Positions 27,648 to 37,177 are shown, counted from the first letter of the stretch. The stretch: DNA of 64,000 bases from Candidatus Bathyarchaeia archaeon (GCA_035283685.1 DATETJ010000011.1:31994-95993); one strand, 5' to 3'. Translations and numbers: made by a program. Notes: generated from the letters alone by a model not told the origin.

Positions 27648-28649
27648 TTGGGTGAGGCTACGATGAAGGAGCTTAAGTTGATTGAGGATTTGGCTTGTCG
27701 TATTCTGCGGGATGATTGTGATCCTGTGGTTCGTTTTCGTTTGCTGCGTGATGTTTTGAAGGTGTCTCGTGGCTCGGGTGAGCTTGTTGATGCTCGCCGA
27801 GGGATGTTGAGGAGTCGGTGGGTTCTTGAGCTTAAGGGTGAGCAGAGGGCGGATGGAAGCTGGGGTAGGTTTCATTCTGCGATGAAGAGTAAGGGGAAAA
27901 TCGTGACTACTGAAGCCGCGGTTGAGCGAGGTTTAGCTTTGGGTTTGGGAGCGTCTGATTCCGTTCTTTGTGCCACTGTAGGTTATCTTTCGCGTTTGCT
28001 TGAGGGTTCGGTTGATTTTCCTGATCCTGCTGAGCGCAATAGCCGATGGGCTACGGGTACGCAGTTGTTTGCTTCTTCAACCTTTGCTAGGATATGTCCG
28101 ACTTTGGCTATACTTGATGAACCGTGGGATTTGTGGGCTGAAATTGCGGAGCGCACGTTTACTTCAGGAAAGTATGATGCAGAAGCGGAGATTCGGGCAC
28201 ATCAGATGTTGACTGGAGCGTCTGTTAAAGACAGCTATCTAGTGCTTAATAATCGGTATCAATTGGCTCTGCTTGGATCAAGAGCGAGTAAGTTGTTAAA
28301 ATCGCTTGAGAAAGCGTTGGTTGATTGGGTATGGCACAAAGAGGATGGCGTTGGCTACTTGGAGATTCCCTTGTCAAACCTTCCTCAACGGTTTACAGCG
28401 GGAATGCTGGATAGGCTTTTCACATCACTTGAAACACTTTCCTATTTTCCAAGCTGGCGTAAACATGCGGGGAACGTGATTGATTGGTTGTGGACAAACA
28501 GAAACAAAGAAGGTCTCTGGGACTTTGGACCCCGAGCAAGCATGTCAGTCCACCTTCCGCTTTCAGAAAGCTGGCGAAAGAGCAAAAAGCGACAACATGA
28601 CTGGTCAACACGCGTTCTCGCATTACTCAGAAACTACTATGGTGCCTAG
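27648..28649 (+). CDS. Hypothetical protein, possibly alpha/alpha-toroid (prenyltransferase/terpene-cyclase-like repeats)
   Basis: QW-like motifs RADGSWGRFHS and NKEGLWDFGP. Otherwise no firm family call. Confidence 0.3.
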   Translation: MGEATMKELKLIEDLACRILRDDCDPVVRFRLLRDVLKVSRGSGELVDARRGMLRSRWVLELKGEQRADGSWGRFHSAMKSKGKIVTTEAAVERGLALGLGASDSVLCATVGYLSRLLEGSVDFPDPAERNSRWATGTQLFASSTFARICPTLAILDEPWDLWAEIAERTFTSGKYDAEAEIRAHQMLTGASVKDSYLVLNNRYQLALLGSRASKLLKSLEKALVDWVWHKEDGVGYLEIPLSNLPQRFTAGMLDRLFTSLETLSYFPSWRKHAGNVIDWLWTNRNKEGLWDFGPRASMSVHLPLSESWRKSKKRQHDWSTRVLALLRNYYGA

Positions 28650-28755
28650 AGCGTTTCCCAGTTCATAGGAAATGCCAGAGATGCCACGGATATGGACAGC
28701 CAGAGTCATTCACAGATAGGAGGTAAGATGCTCCAATATCCTTGATCATTCATGT

Positions 28756-28794
28756 GGGGTCGTAGTCTAGCTTGGTCGAGGATCCCAGCTTGGG
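28756..28794 (+). tRNA. tRNA 5' half only (acceptor 5' strand, D-arm, anticodon-stem 5' strand, GGG/UGG Pro-type anticodon); no 3' half nearby
   Basis: GGGGTCG TA GTCT AGCTTGGTCGA GGAT C CCAGC TT GGG. The D-stem pairs as G.U/U-A/C-G/U.G and the D-loop has the GG. Downstream sequence lacks a return strand, T-arm and acceptor 3' strand. Confidence 0.45.
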
Positions 28795-28938
28795 TCATTG
28801 AAGCGCGCAACTCGAACCGTAATCAGCATCACCAGTTGAAAGTTGCAGAGCTTACCAAGGACCTCCAGTAACTGTTTAATAGATTGCTTTAAAGTTATTT
28901 GAAGACTGTTTGAGTGAGTCCCTGAATTGATTAATGGG

Positions 28939-31845
28939 ATGGAAGACTCCAGCGCCTATGAGTTGCTTTTGAAACCCGTACGTGAGGCTTTAGAAGAATT
29001 AGGTTTCGCTCAGCCCACTGAGCCTCAGGTTAAAGCCATCCCAGCTATTCTAAACGGCGAAAACGTCCTATTGATCGCGCCTACAGGCAGCGGCAAAACC
29101 GAAGCTGTTCTTCTACCCATATTCTCCAATTTCATGCAGCAAGAGGACAAGCATGGCATATCAATCGTCTACGTGACGCCACTAAGGGCTTTAAACCGCG
29201 ACATGGTCAAGCGACTATCCTACTGGGCAACCAAGCTCGGCATAACAATCGAAGTGCGCCACGGCGACACCGAAATCAAAATCCGAAGACGCCAAGCCTT
29301 GTGCCCACCCAACATGCTGGTCACTGCACCTGAAACAATGCAAGCCATTCTCCCCGGCGAACGAATGCAGCAACACCTCAGCCACGTCCGCTACGTAGTC
29401 GTCGACGAAGTCCACGAACTTGCAGAAGACAAACGAGGAGTCCAGCTAACTATTGCCTTAGAACGTTTATTCGAACTGACCAAACACGAGTTTCAACGCG
29501 TCGGCTTATCCGCAACCGTGGGCAACCCAGAAAAAGTAGCTCAATTCATCGCCGGCGCCAACAGACCCATCAAAGTAATCGAAGTTCCCCTACCAAAAGG
29601 CTACCACTATAGTGTCGAGTATCCACTTCCAGAAGACGCAGACTACGATTTGGCTCAAAAACTTCACACGGCACCAGAGGCAGCAGCTCGCATCAGACGC
29701 ATACTCGACCTCGTGAAACAGCACAACTCCACGCTTATCTTCGTAAACAGTCGAGCAAACGCCGAAGTCTTAGGACACAAGTTCACTCAGCTGGAACGCA
29801 ACGACATCGCCGTGCATCATGGTTCACTGTCAAAAGAAATCCGAGCCTCAATCGAAGACGAATTCAAGGCGAAGGCGCTCAAAGCCATCGTCTGCACCAG
29901 TACATTGGAGTTGGGCATAGACATAGGACACGTCGACCTAGTCATACAATACTTGTCGCCGCGGCAAGTCAGCAGCCTCATCCAACGCGTGGGACGCAGC
30001 GGACACAAACTTGACCTAGTTTCCAAAGGCATCATCATTACAGCGTTTCCAGACGACACACTAGAGGCAGTCACAGCCGTGAAAAGAGCCTACAAAGGAC
30101 AACTCGAGCCCCTAATCATTCACGAAGGAGCCTTGGAAGTGCTCGCCCATCAAATCGTAGGCATCGTAATGGACAAAAGGCAAGTCACAGTCGACGAAGC
30201 ACTCGACATCATAAGACGTGCCTATCCATACCAAAACCTCACGCGCGAGAAATTTTTAGAAGTCGCCCAATACCTACATAGGCTAAGAGAGGTCTGGCTA
30301 GAAGGCAACACATTGAAGCGCAGCCGCAGAACACGCGAATACTACCACCAAAACCTATCTATGATACCCGACGAGAGACGCTACCCCATCGTAGACGTGC
30401 TCTCAGACCGCACCATAGGCACAGTCGGAGACGAATTCATGGCATTGAGAGCACGCCTAGGCTTAAACATAATCATACGCGGCAAAGTATGGCGCATAGT
30501 CCAAATAGAAGACGAAACAGGCACAGTCTACGTCGTACCCGCAGAAGACCCATTCGCAGCATTGCCAGGATGGGACGGAGAAATCCTACCCGTACCATAC
30601 AGCTTGGCGCAAGAAGCAGGAAAACTACGAGAAGAAATAACACAAGAACTCAAGAAAGGAAACAAACCAGAAAAGGTCGCAGAAAAACTCGCCAAAGAAC
30701 TCTCAACAAACAAATCCACCATGCTCAAACCTGCCGAAGAAATACAGGACCAGTTGAAGGAAGGCGCTCCAGTCCCAACTCACAATCACATTCTTATCGA
30801 AGCCTTCGATAAATGGATCATAGTTCACGCTTGCTACGGTGAGATTGTTAACCGAACCTTAGGCGCCATATTCGACGCAGTTCTATCCGATCAGGAACTT
30901 ATAACAGGCTGGTGGAACGATGGCTACCGCATCTTAATCGAAGCACCACGCAAAATCGAACCAAAAGAACTTGACAAACTACCGCACGTCTTGTTTGAAC
31001 TATCCTCTGAGGAAATGGAGAAAGCTTTCAACGAATACCTCAAGGCACGTTTCCCATTCTCGTACAAAATGAAATTTGTAGCCGAACGCTTCGGCGCCCT
31101 ACCGCGAGGCAAAACAATGGGACCAGAACGCTTGTCTGAGCTGCCAAGCAGATTCGCCAAAACGCCCATTTACGAGGAAACCATGCGCGAAGCCATGCAA
31201 GAAAAAGTAGACATCCCCACAGTCGAAAACATAATGCAAAGCATCAAACAGGGAAAAACCAAGATTTCAACACTGCTACGCCTTCAAAAGCCCACACCCC
31301 TAGGCTACCGCATCTTAGCGAAGTATGTTGAAGTCCCAGAACTCATGGCTCCAGAACGCGTTTTACTCAGCAACATAGAACGCATGAAACAAACAATCCT
31401 AACCCGACGACCATCACAGCTCTGCTTCAACTGCGGCGCTCATACAGAAGAAAGGCGCCTCCGAGAACTTCCAGACAAACTCGCATGCAAGAAATGCGGC
31501 TCCGGATTACTCGCAGACCTGCATCCGATTCAAGATCCAAAAATGCTCATCGACATACTCAAACGAAGACTGAAAGGAAAAGAAATAACGCCCGAAGAAC
31601 TGGAACAACTGACACATGCCAGACGAACCGCTGACCTAGTTCTAAGCCACGGCAAAAAAGCCCTAGTCGCCTTCCAAGTCAAAGGCGTCGGACCCGAAAC
31701 CGCCTTCCGCATCCTATCCAAAATGCACCCCAACGAAGACGACTTTTACATGGACCTACTGAAAGCAAAGATTCAATTCTTACGCACAAGACCGTACTGG
31801 GAAGACAAACAAGAAAAGTCTAGACGGAGAGAGGAGGACACCTGA
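28939..31845 (+). CDS. lhr: Lhr-type large ATP-dependent helicase (superfamily 2, DEVH box)
   Basis: APTGSGKTE (motif I), VVVDEVHE (motif II), SAT, HHGSLS and VGRSGH. A C-terminal zinc ribbon CFNCG..CKKCG is present. I prefer ATG 28939 over TTG 28927. Confidence 0.85.
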   Translation: MEDSSAYELLLKPVREALEELGFAQPTEPQVKAIPAILNGENVLLIAPTGSGKTEAVLLPIFSNFMQQEDKHGISIVYVTPLRALNRDMVKRLSYWATKLGITIEVRHGDTEIKIRRRQALCPPNMLVTAPETMQAILPGERMQQHLSHVRYVVVDEVHELAEDKRGVQLTIALERLFELTKHEFQRVGLSATVGNPEKVAQFIAGANRPIKVIEVPLPKGYHYSVEYPLPEDADYDLAQKLHTAPEAAARIRRILDLVKQHNSTLIFVNSRANAEVLGHKFTQLERNDIAVHHGSLSKEIRASIEDEFKAKALKAIVCTSTLELGIDIGHVDLVIQYLSPRQVSSLIQRVGRSGHKLDLVSKGIIITAFPDDTLEAVTAVKRAYKGQLEPLIIHEGALEVLAHQIVGIVMDKRQVTVDEALDIIRRAYPYQNLTREKFLEVAQYLHRLREVWLEGNTLKRSRRTREYYHQNLSMIPDERRYPIVDVLSDRTIGTVGDEFMALRARLGLNIIIRGKVWRIVQIEDETGTVYVVPAEDPFAALPGWDGEILPVPYSLAQEAGKLREEITQELKKGNKPEKVAEKLAKELSTNKSTMLKPAEEIQDQLKEGAPVPTHNHILIEAFDKWIIVHACYGEIVNRTLGAIFDAVLSDQELITGWWNDGYRILIEAPRKIEPKELDKLPHVLFELSSEEMEKAFNEYLKARFPFSYKMKFVAERFGALPRGKTMGPERLSELPSRFAKTPIYEETMREAMQEKVDIPTVENIMQSIKQGKTKISTLLRLQKPTPLGYRILAKYVEVPELMAPERVLLSNIERMKQTILTRRPSQLCFNCGAHTEERRLRELPDKLACKKCGSGLLADLHPIQDPKMLIDILKRRLKGKEITPEELEQLTHARRTADLVLSHGKKALVAFQVKGVGPETAFRILSKMHPNEDDFYMDLLKAKIQFLRTRPYWEDKQEKSRRREEDT

Positions 31846-33041
31846 CACAGAAAGACAGAGGACTACTGGCTCTACTGGGCGCGGCACACAGCCTCAACCA
31901 CTCACTCTTCCTAATCGCCCCACCACTACTGCTCATCATAATGAAAGACCTGAACACAACCAACCTACTAGTCCTCGGCACAATTGGCACAATAACATCG
32001 CTAATCTACGGCGTAGGCTCCCTAGTCGGAGGACCACTCGCCGACAAAATAAGCGAAACAAAAATCATCGCCCTCGCCCTCGCCTTGGCAGGCGCATCCA
32101 CATTTGTCCTCATATTCGCTAGGGATGTACTGATCTACAGCCTAGCCATGTTCCTTATGGCTGCGTGGGCAAGCCTCTACCACCCCACAGCCAACTCACT
32201 AATCTCCAAAGTTTATCATGGGCAGATGGGCGAAGCCATGGGCATCCACGGAGTAGGAGGCACGGTGGGCATCATGTTCACGCCAATCTTAGCCTTCGCC
32301 ATAGGCATAGCTGTAGACTGGCGCATCTCCTTCATCATCTTCGGCATATTCTGCATACTAATAGGACTCATCATCTCAAGAAACCCAACCCAAACCAGAA
32401 GCACTGAATCTAAACTCGGAGTCCTCGGAGTTTTCAAGATACCCGGACTGTTGACAATCCTCGTATTCAACGTGTTCATAGGCTTATACATGAAAGGCAT
32501 CGAACTATTCCTTCCAGCATATCTTACATTCAAGCCATTCGCCGCCTTAGGCGAGGAAAACGCCAGCCTCTGGGCAGCCACAGCCACAACCCTAGTGTTA
32601 GCCAGCGGCGTGCCCGGACAATGGCTGGGCGGAAGAGCAGCCGACCGCGTCGGCTCCAAAAAAGTCCTCATCACAGTCTCAGCAGGAATAACAGCTGCAC
32701 TTTTGCTCTTGCTGTTCACTCCACCCGCCTTCGCGTTCATTGGCGTCGCAGCCTTCATCATTCTTTACGGATTGTCTTTCTATGGACACCAACCAGCGCT
32801 GAACTCGCTAACAGGGCTAATAACTCCGCCAGAAAGGCGAGGCGCAGTCTACGGCATATTCTTCTTCACCAGTTTCGGCTTGGGCTCACTTTCCCAAGCT
32901 GTAACAGGTTACTTGATGTATAGTTATCCGAGCAACCCAGAGTATTCATTTTACCTCCTCACAATAATCGCGGTAATAGCGCTCGTTCTTTCAACCCTTA
33001 TCCCAGATAGAAGACAAAAACAAGACAAAGTAGCCATGTGA
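31842..33041 (+). CDS. MFS transporter (start probably CTG 31842; first ATG is 31941)
   Basis: About 12 TM helices and GGPLADK after TM2. The in-frame upstream stretch LTQKDRGLLALLGAAHSLNHSLFLIAPPLLLII looks like TM1, has no ATG/GTG/TTG, and is preceded by GAGGAGG at 31831-31837. Confidence 0.75.
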   Translation: MTQKDRGLLALLGAAHSLNHSLFLIAPPLLLIIMKDLNTTNLLVLGTIGTITSLIYGVGSLVGGPLADKISETKIIALALALAGASTFVLIFARDVLIYSLAMFLMAAWASLYHPTANSLISKVYHGQMGEAMGIHGVGGTVGIMFTPILAFAIGIAVDWRISFIIFGIFCILIGLIISRNPTQTRSTESKLGVLGVFKIPGLLTILVFNVFIGLYMKGIELFLPAYLTFKPFAALGEENASLWAATATTLVLASGVPGQWLGGRAADRVGSKKVLITVSAGITAALLLLLFTPPAFAFIGVAAFIILYGLSFYGHQPALNSLTGLITPPERRGAVYGIFFFTSFGLGSLSQAVTGYLMYSYPSNPEYSFYLLTIIAVIALVLSTLIPDRRQKQDKVAM

Positions 33042-33053
33042 GGAGCAGTCACT

Positions 33054-33683
33054 CTGACGTTTTCTATTGTCGCCCGAGATCCTAAGACTTTAGCCCTAGG
33101 CGCAGCCGCGTCCACCGCGATTCCAGCCGTTGGGAGCACAGTTCCACATGTAGAGGTCAATGTGGGCGCCATCGCAACCCAAGCTCAAACCAACATATCT
33201 TACGGAATTGAGGGGTTGAAACTTCTGAAACAAGGTCTGCTGCCTCAAGAAGCTCTGGACGCCATGTTGACGAAGGATAAAGACAGAGAGAAAAGACAAG
33301 TCATAATGCTAGATGCTCAGGGAAGAGCCGCCGCTTTCACGGGCAATGAAACCGAAGACTGGAAAGGACACCACATCGGAACAAACCACGTTGCAGCAGG
33401 AAACTTGCTCGCAGGCGCCCAAGTCGTAGAAGCCATGACCGCTGCTTTTGAAAACCAGAAAGCCAACCTAGCGGAACGACTGCTAAAAGCATTAGAAGCA
33501 GGACAGCAGGCAGGCGGAGACAAAAGAGGACGCATGTCAGCCGCACTGAAAGTGGCAGACCCAGGATGGAAGAACACGAGCCGTCCAATAATAGACCTTA
33601 GAGTAGACGCTCATCCGGAACCAGTCAAAGAACTTCGCAGAGTTTACACGGTCTCAAGGAGCTATTTCGATATTCCTGAATGA
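33054..33683 (+). CDS. DUF1028 family (Ntn-hydrolase-like) protein with apparent CTG start
   Basis: CTG ACG TTT TCT ATT GTC GCC encodes (M)TFSIVARDP, the hallmark DUF1028 N-terminus. The family pattern continues through GAIATQAQTN..RQVIMLDAQGRAAAFTG..LEAGQQAGGDKRGRMSAAL. GGAG lies at 33042-33045. The first canonical start, GTG 33162, would delete 36 conserved residues. Confidence 0.8.
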   Translation: MTFSIVARDPKTLALGAAASTAIPAVGSTVPHVEVNVGAIATQAQTNISYGIEGLKLLKQGLLPQEALDAMLTKDKDREKRQVIMLDAQGRAAAFTGNETEDWKGHHIGTNHVAAGNLLAGAQVVEAMTAAFENQKANLAERLLKALEAGQQAGGDKRGRMSAALKVADPGWKNTSRPIIDLRVDAHPEPVKELRRVYTVSRSYFDIPE

Positions 33684-34160
33684 AAACGGCTTGGGCATCT
33701 TCGCCTTCAAAGACACCAAAAAGCTTTCCATCTCCCTAATCTTGTGCGCCCACTGAACACGCAAATCGGAAACAAAATCCGTGTAATCCGTAAAGTCTCT
33801 GTGCACCGAAACCATCATGCAGTTTTTTCCATGCAAACCTTCGCCGCCAGCGGCGAAAAGAATCTTGCTGTTGTGACCCACCCACTTGTTGGCACGTTCA
33901 CCAAGAGCCACATCTAACCCGCCTGTCTTAGGGTCATACTGGTCGATGTCAAAGAACGTGAACGCTGTTATCTCGAAGCCCAGCTTAGTCATGTTTGGAA
34001 TAGCCGTGTAGTCAAGTATGTAACTGTCTCGTTCCAAACGTTTTCTCATTCGAGTCAGTGTAGGCTGCGAAACACCCAATATCTTAGCCAGGTCTCTGTC
34101 GCTTCTCTTAGAATTCTTAACTAATTCCTGCAAAAGCTGCATAATCCTATCTTGAGGCAT
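33654..34160 (-). CDS. Lrp/AsnC-family transcriptional regulator
   Basis: HTH LLQELVKNSKRSDRDLAKILGVSQPTLTRMRKRLE plus a C-terminal RAM-like domain. Confidence 0.75.
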   Translation of the reverse strand: MPQDRIMQLLQELVKNSKRSDRDLAKILGVSQPTLTRMRKRLERDSYILDYTAIPNMTKLGFEITAFTFFDIDQYDPKTGGLDVALGERANKWVGHNSKILFAAGGEGLHGKNCMMVSVHRDFTDYTDFVSDLRVQWAHKIREMESFLVSLKAKMPKPFSFRNIEIAP

Positions 34161-34281
34161 GGCATGAATTAATGATTCAACGCGGATTTAAGCGTTTTCT
34201 TCAAACCATCTCCATAGCCCGTTTCCATGATGTTAACGTTTATTATCTTATCTAAGATTGTTTCTCAAGAGTGTCTAGTAA

Positions 34282-34587
34282 ATGAGTACTAGCAATAACG
34301 GCGATATCAAGAGACGAGATCGCCACGACATTGTTGTTGAAATTCTGAAAACAGCTGTAGAAGGCAGGATCAAGACCCACATCATGTACAAGGCAAAGCT
34401 AAGCTACGCTCAACTAAACGAGTACCTTCCAATGCTGATCGAAAGAGGATTCTTGGAAAACACGTCTATCAGGCACAAAAGAGTGTTGAAGAGAGTTTAC
34501 AAAACCACTGAGAAGGGGCAGAGATTTCTGGAAAACTTTGACTCGATTAAGAAACTGTGGTCTTATCCAACTAACTCTTCCGTTTAG
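34282..34587 (+). CDS. Winged-helix DNA-binding protein (HTH_45-like)
   Basis: RDRHDIVVEILKTAVEGRIKTHIMYKAKLSYAQLNEYLPMLIERGFLE. Confidence 0.65.
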   Translation: MSTSNNGDIKRRDRHDIVVEILKTAVEGRIKTHIMYKAKLSYAQLNEYLPMLIERGFLENTSIRHKRVLKRVYKTTEKGQRFLENFDSIKKLWSYPTNSSV

Positions 34588-34798
34588 CAAGTTGATCCAA
34601 GTCCACTTCAGCAACGTTGCGGCAGCGCCAAAGACAAATAGCTTTTGTCACGACTGTGATCTTCTCACCCAGCGTATAAGCTGAAAACGTTACCAAACTC
34701 ATAGAGCAAGATGTCCAGCTTGGCTCGACAATAACATTTAAAGCCTTCAACATCCAATGCGTTGAAACAAGACATCGGGAAAGCATGGAGAACGTCAG

Positions 34799-35485
34799 AT
34801 GAAGAAGCATTTGCTCACCGTTTTCATCGCCATCCTGATCGCGTCCACTGTCATTTCGGCTTACGCAGAAACAACAACAAACATCAGAGCTGACGACAGT
34901 CTGTCAGTGACCTTCGAATTCAGGAATCTTGATGAGGCGGTGTATGAGCAGGCGAAGACGCAGTTTGCAGTTGACACAATTCCAAAGATAATTGCCAGCA
35001 ATCTGGAGAAGGGAAACCAGTCTGTGCGATGGGGTCTCCCTGCCACGCCATTAACGTTTGAGAATGCCAATCGGACTATTCGCAACTCCTTCTTCCTAGG
35101 CGGTTCAGCCCTTGCAACCTTCACCGTCAACAAGACGGAGCTGAAGCGCATGTATGAAGTCAAAACGGATTGGAGAAAATTCAAGGTTAATCTAACGGGC
35201 AGTTTCTCCGTTGACTTTGCGCAACACGCAGCCAAACCTGTGGCAGAGTGGCAGAAACTTAATGCGACCACGTTTTACTTTGAGAATAGAGGAACAGGTG
35301 CAGGGGACATCGTTTTCTACCTAGTGTTGCCTGCGTCAGCTTCCCGAGTTCGAGGTTCAGGAGACACTGTGTTTTATGATGTGCCACCGTATCTTGAAGA
35401 CCAACTGCTGTACAGCCCTTTTCCAGTTCTAGGCGCTTTGGCTGTGGCTTTAGCCATTATTCTGCTTTACAGAAAAATCCGCTAG
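34799..35485 (+). CDS. Secreted protein with C-terminal TM anchor (possible archaeosortase-type sorting signal)
   Basis: Signal peptide LLTVFIAILIASTVISAYA. C-terminus SPFPVLGALAVALAIILLYRKIR (TM plus basic tail). N-glycosylation sequons are present. Confidence 0.5.
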   Translation: MKKHLLTVFIAILIASTVISAYAETTTNIRADDSLSVTFEFRNLDEAVYEQAKTQFAVDTIPKIIASNLEKGNQSVRWGLPATPLTFENANRTIRNSFFLGGSALATFTVNKTELKRMYEVKTDWRKFKVNLTGSFSVDFAQHAAKPVAEWQKLNATTFYFENRGTGAGDIVFYLVLPASASRVRGSGDTVFYDVPPYLEDQLLYSPFPVLGALAVALAIILLYRKIR

Positions 35486-35495
35486 AAAGTGTGCT

Positions 35496-36074
35496 TTAGG
35501 CTTGTTGCTGTTTCTTTTCGGGTTCAACGGCTAAGAGTAGGTCGACTAGGGCTTTTTCGTCTATTTCGGCGCGGGTTCTCCAGTCTAAGTATAGCTGTCT
35601 GTTTTCGTCTTGCGTCAAATAGCCTGCTCGGATGCTGCGGTCTAGGTTGATGTCAACGCGCCAGCCCGGCAACTTGTCACGTAGTAGGTCTTCCACTTCG
35701 TCTCGTGGCGCCTGACCTTTCTTTGAGATTATGTAGGCTATGGCTATGGCTAAGCCGGCTACGTCGTCTATTCGCCAACCGCTCAATTTCGTCTCTTTGG
35801 GGGTTAAGCCGCCTCGTAACGTTATGAAGAAGCGAGCCCGATCCAGTTGTTCCAAGGTTGGCTTGTCAGCGGGTTTCTCGCCTTCGAAGACTGTTTTGAC
35901 TTGCAGGTCCAGTTTTTCGAGGTAGGCGTCAAAGAGCCCAAGCACTTTGGGGTAGTCTGAGCCCAATCGTTTTCGGAGTTCCCAGCCTTTGACGCCGGGT
36001 CGTCTATGTCGTTTGTAGAAGAGCAGGTGCGTGGCTCGTTTCAGCTTGCGTTGGTATGATCCCTTTTTGGTCAT
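35496..36074 (-). CDS. ScpB-like tandem winged-helix protein (tentative)
   Basis: The second wH pattern LAIAIAYIISKKGQAPRDEVEDLL...IRAGYLTQDENRQLYLDWRT resembles ScpB (LAIIAY.QPITR.EIE...L...G.I). ATG 36074 overlaps the upstream stop as ATGA. The ORF track offers an alternative start at 36104. Confidence 0.4.
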   Translation of the reverse strand: MTKKGSYQRKLKRATHLLFYKRHRRPGVKGWELRKRLGSDYPKVLGLFDAYLEKLDLQVKTVFEGEKPADKPTLEQLDRARFFITLRGGLTPKETKLSGWRIDDVAGLAIAIAYIISKKGQAPRDEVEDLLRDKLPGWRVDINLDRSIRAGYLTQDENRQLYLDWRTRAEIDEKALVDLLLAVEPEKKQQQA

Positions 36075-36889
36075 GCGTGTTTGTTGTTTTTCCAACGTTT
36101 CCACTCCTCGTGGCTTACTGAAACTGGGATTGAGATTACCTGTTTTTTTCCTACTAATGAGCGTGGTGTGCTGAATGGTATGATGTAGATTTCTTCCTCT
36201 AGCTTGTGCACTTCGAATGTGGCGTAGCCGTATGTGACTAGGAAACTGGTCATGTAGGCTCGTTGGGATGTTTCTTCGTAGCTGTCTGCGCCCACGAAGC
36301 TCCAGTACTCGATTTTCTCGTTCCCGCCGGCTTTCTGCTTTAGTTCATGCCACAGTGTTTCCAGTTCCTCGGTGAATGCTTGTTCAGTGATTATTCTTTG
36401 GGCGATGAGGTCGCTGCGCGTGGCTGAGCCGAGCTCGGTTTTGGAAGCCTCGGTTTTTGTCCATCGCTGGTCTAGTGGAAGCAATCCTTGCCAGTATTTG
36501 ATGGCTTCATGTAGGCTGTGGGGTGAAATCTGCTCTAATTCGACTATGGGGTGCCACGCGTTGAGGAAGAGGCTGGCTAATCGTTCTCGGCTTAGTTTGC
36601 GCAGTTTCTCCTCGATTAGGAAAGGGTCTGTGTACAGAGAAGTTGACCTGTGCTTGACCCAGTCGCTTTGCAGCTTGATAACAGACGCCATGCGGTTGAC
36701 GGCTTCCGAGTCCAAGCTGTACTCGTCCATTGATTCCCATTCTGGAAAAAAATCATGCACAACAGCGATCAAGTCGTCGACGTTGACCATGAAGGGGTCT
36801 AATCCTCGCTCCTCAACAGACTTGCACTGGTCGATTATGCGTTGTAGGCGTTCTGCGCCCAGTTTTTTCCTTTGTTTTTTCGATGACAA
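36071..36889 (-). CDS. ScpA-like kleisin (tentative)
   Basis: N-terminal LDPFMVNVDDLIAVVHDFF and NRMASVIKLQSDWVKHRS resemble ScpA motifs. It is about 270 aa long and translationally coupled to the ScpB-like gene. Confidence 0.4.
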   Translation of the reverse strand: MSSKKQRKKLGAERLQRIIDQCKSVEERGLDPFMVNVDDLIAVVHDFFPEWESMDEYSLDSEAVNRMASVIKLQSDWVKHRSTSLYTDPFLIEEKLRKLSRERLASLFLNAWHPIVELEQISPHSLHEAIKYWQGLLPLDQRWTKTEASKTELGSATRSDLIAQRIITEQAFTEELETLWHELKQKAGGNEKIEYWSFVGADSYEETSQRAYMTSFLVTYGYATFEVHKLEEEIYIIPFSTPRSLVGKKQVISIPVSVSHEEWKRWKNNKHA

Positions 36890-37177
36890 GGAGGCGAATT
36901 CCTTTGGCTCATTTCATTGGTGCGAGGGATAAAAACGTAATGGCTTAGCTGGGATGCTGTTCTACTTTGTTGATCAAGCTGTTCTAATCAGTAGTATAAA
37001 ATATGGTTGTAGCGCAATGCTCTTTGGCGATGTAGGAATGAGCAAGAGAATCAGGAAACAGTCGTCTCTATTCAATTTCATAGAGGACTGCGGGTTCTTT
37101 TTTCAGTTTGATTTGCGCAACAGTTATAAACTATCAGCACAGTTAAATCTAAAAAATGTTAGGAAAAATTGTGAATT

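Noticed and set aside
28795-28926. Attempt to complete the tRNA with an intron and a 3' exon downstream, or to read a tRNA on the minus strand (CGGTTCGAG looks T-loop-like in reverse)
   Set aside because: I found no stem complementary to CCAGC, no 5-bp stems around the TTCGAG segment, and no acceptor 3' strand complementary to GGGGTCG in either orientation.
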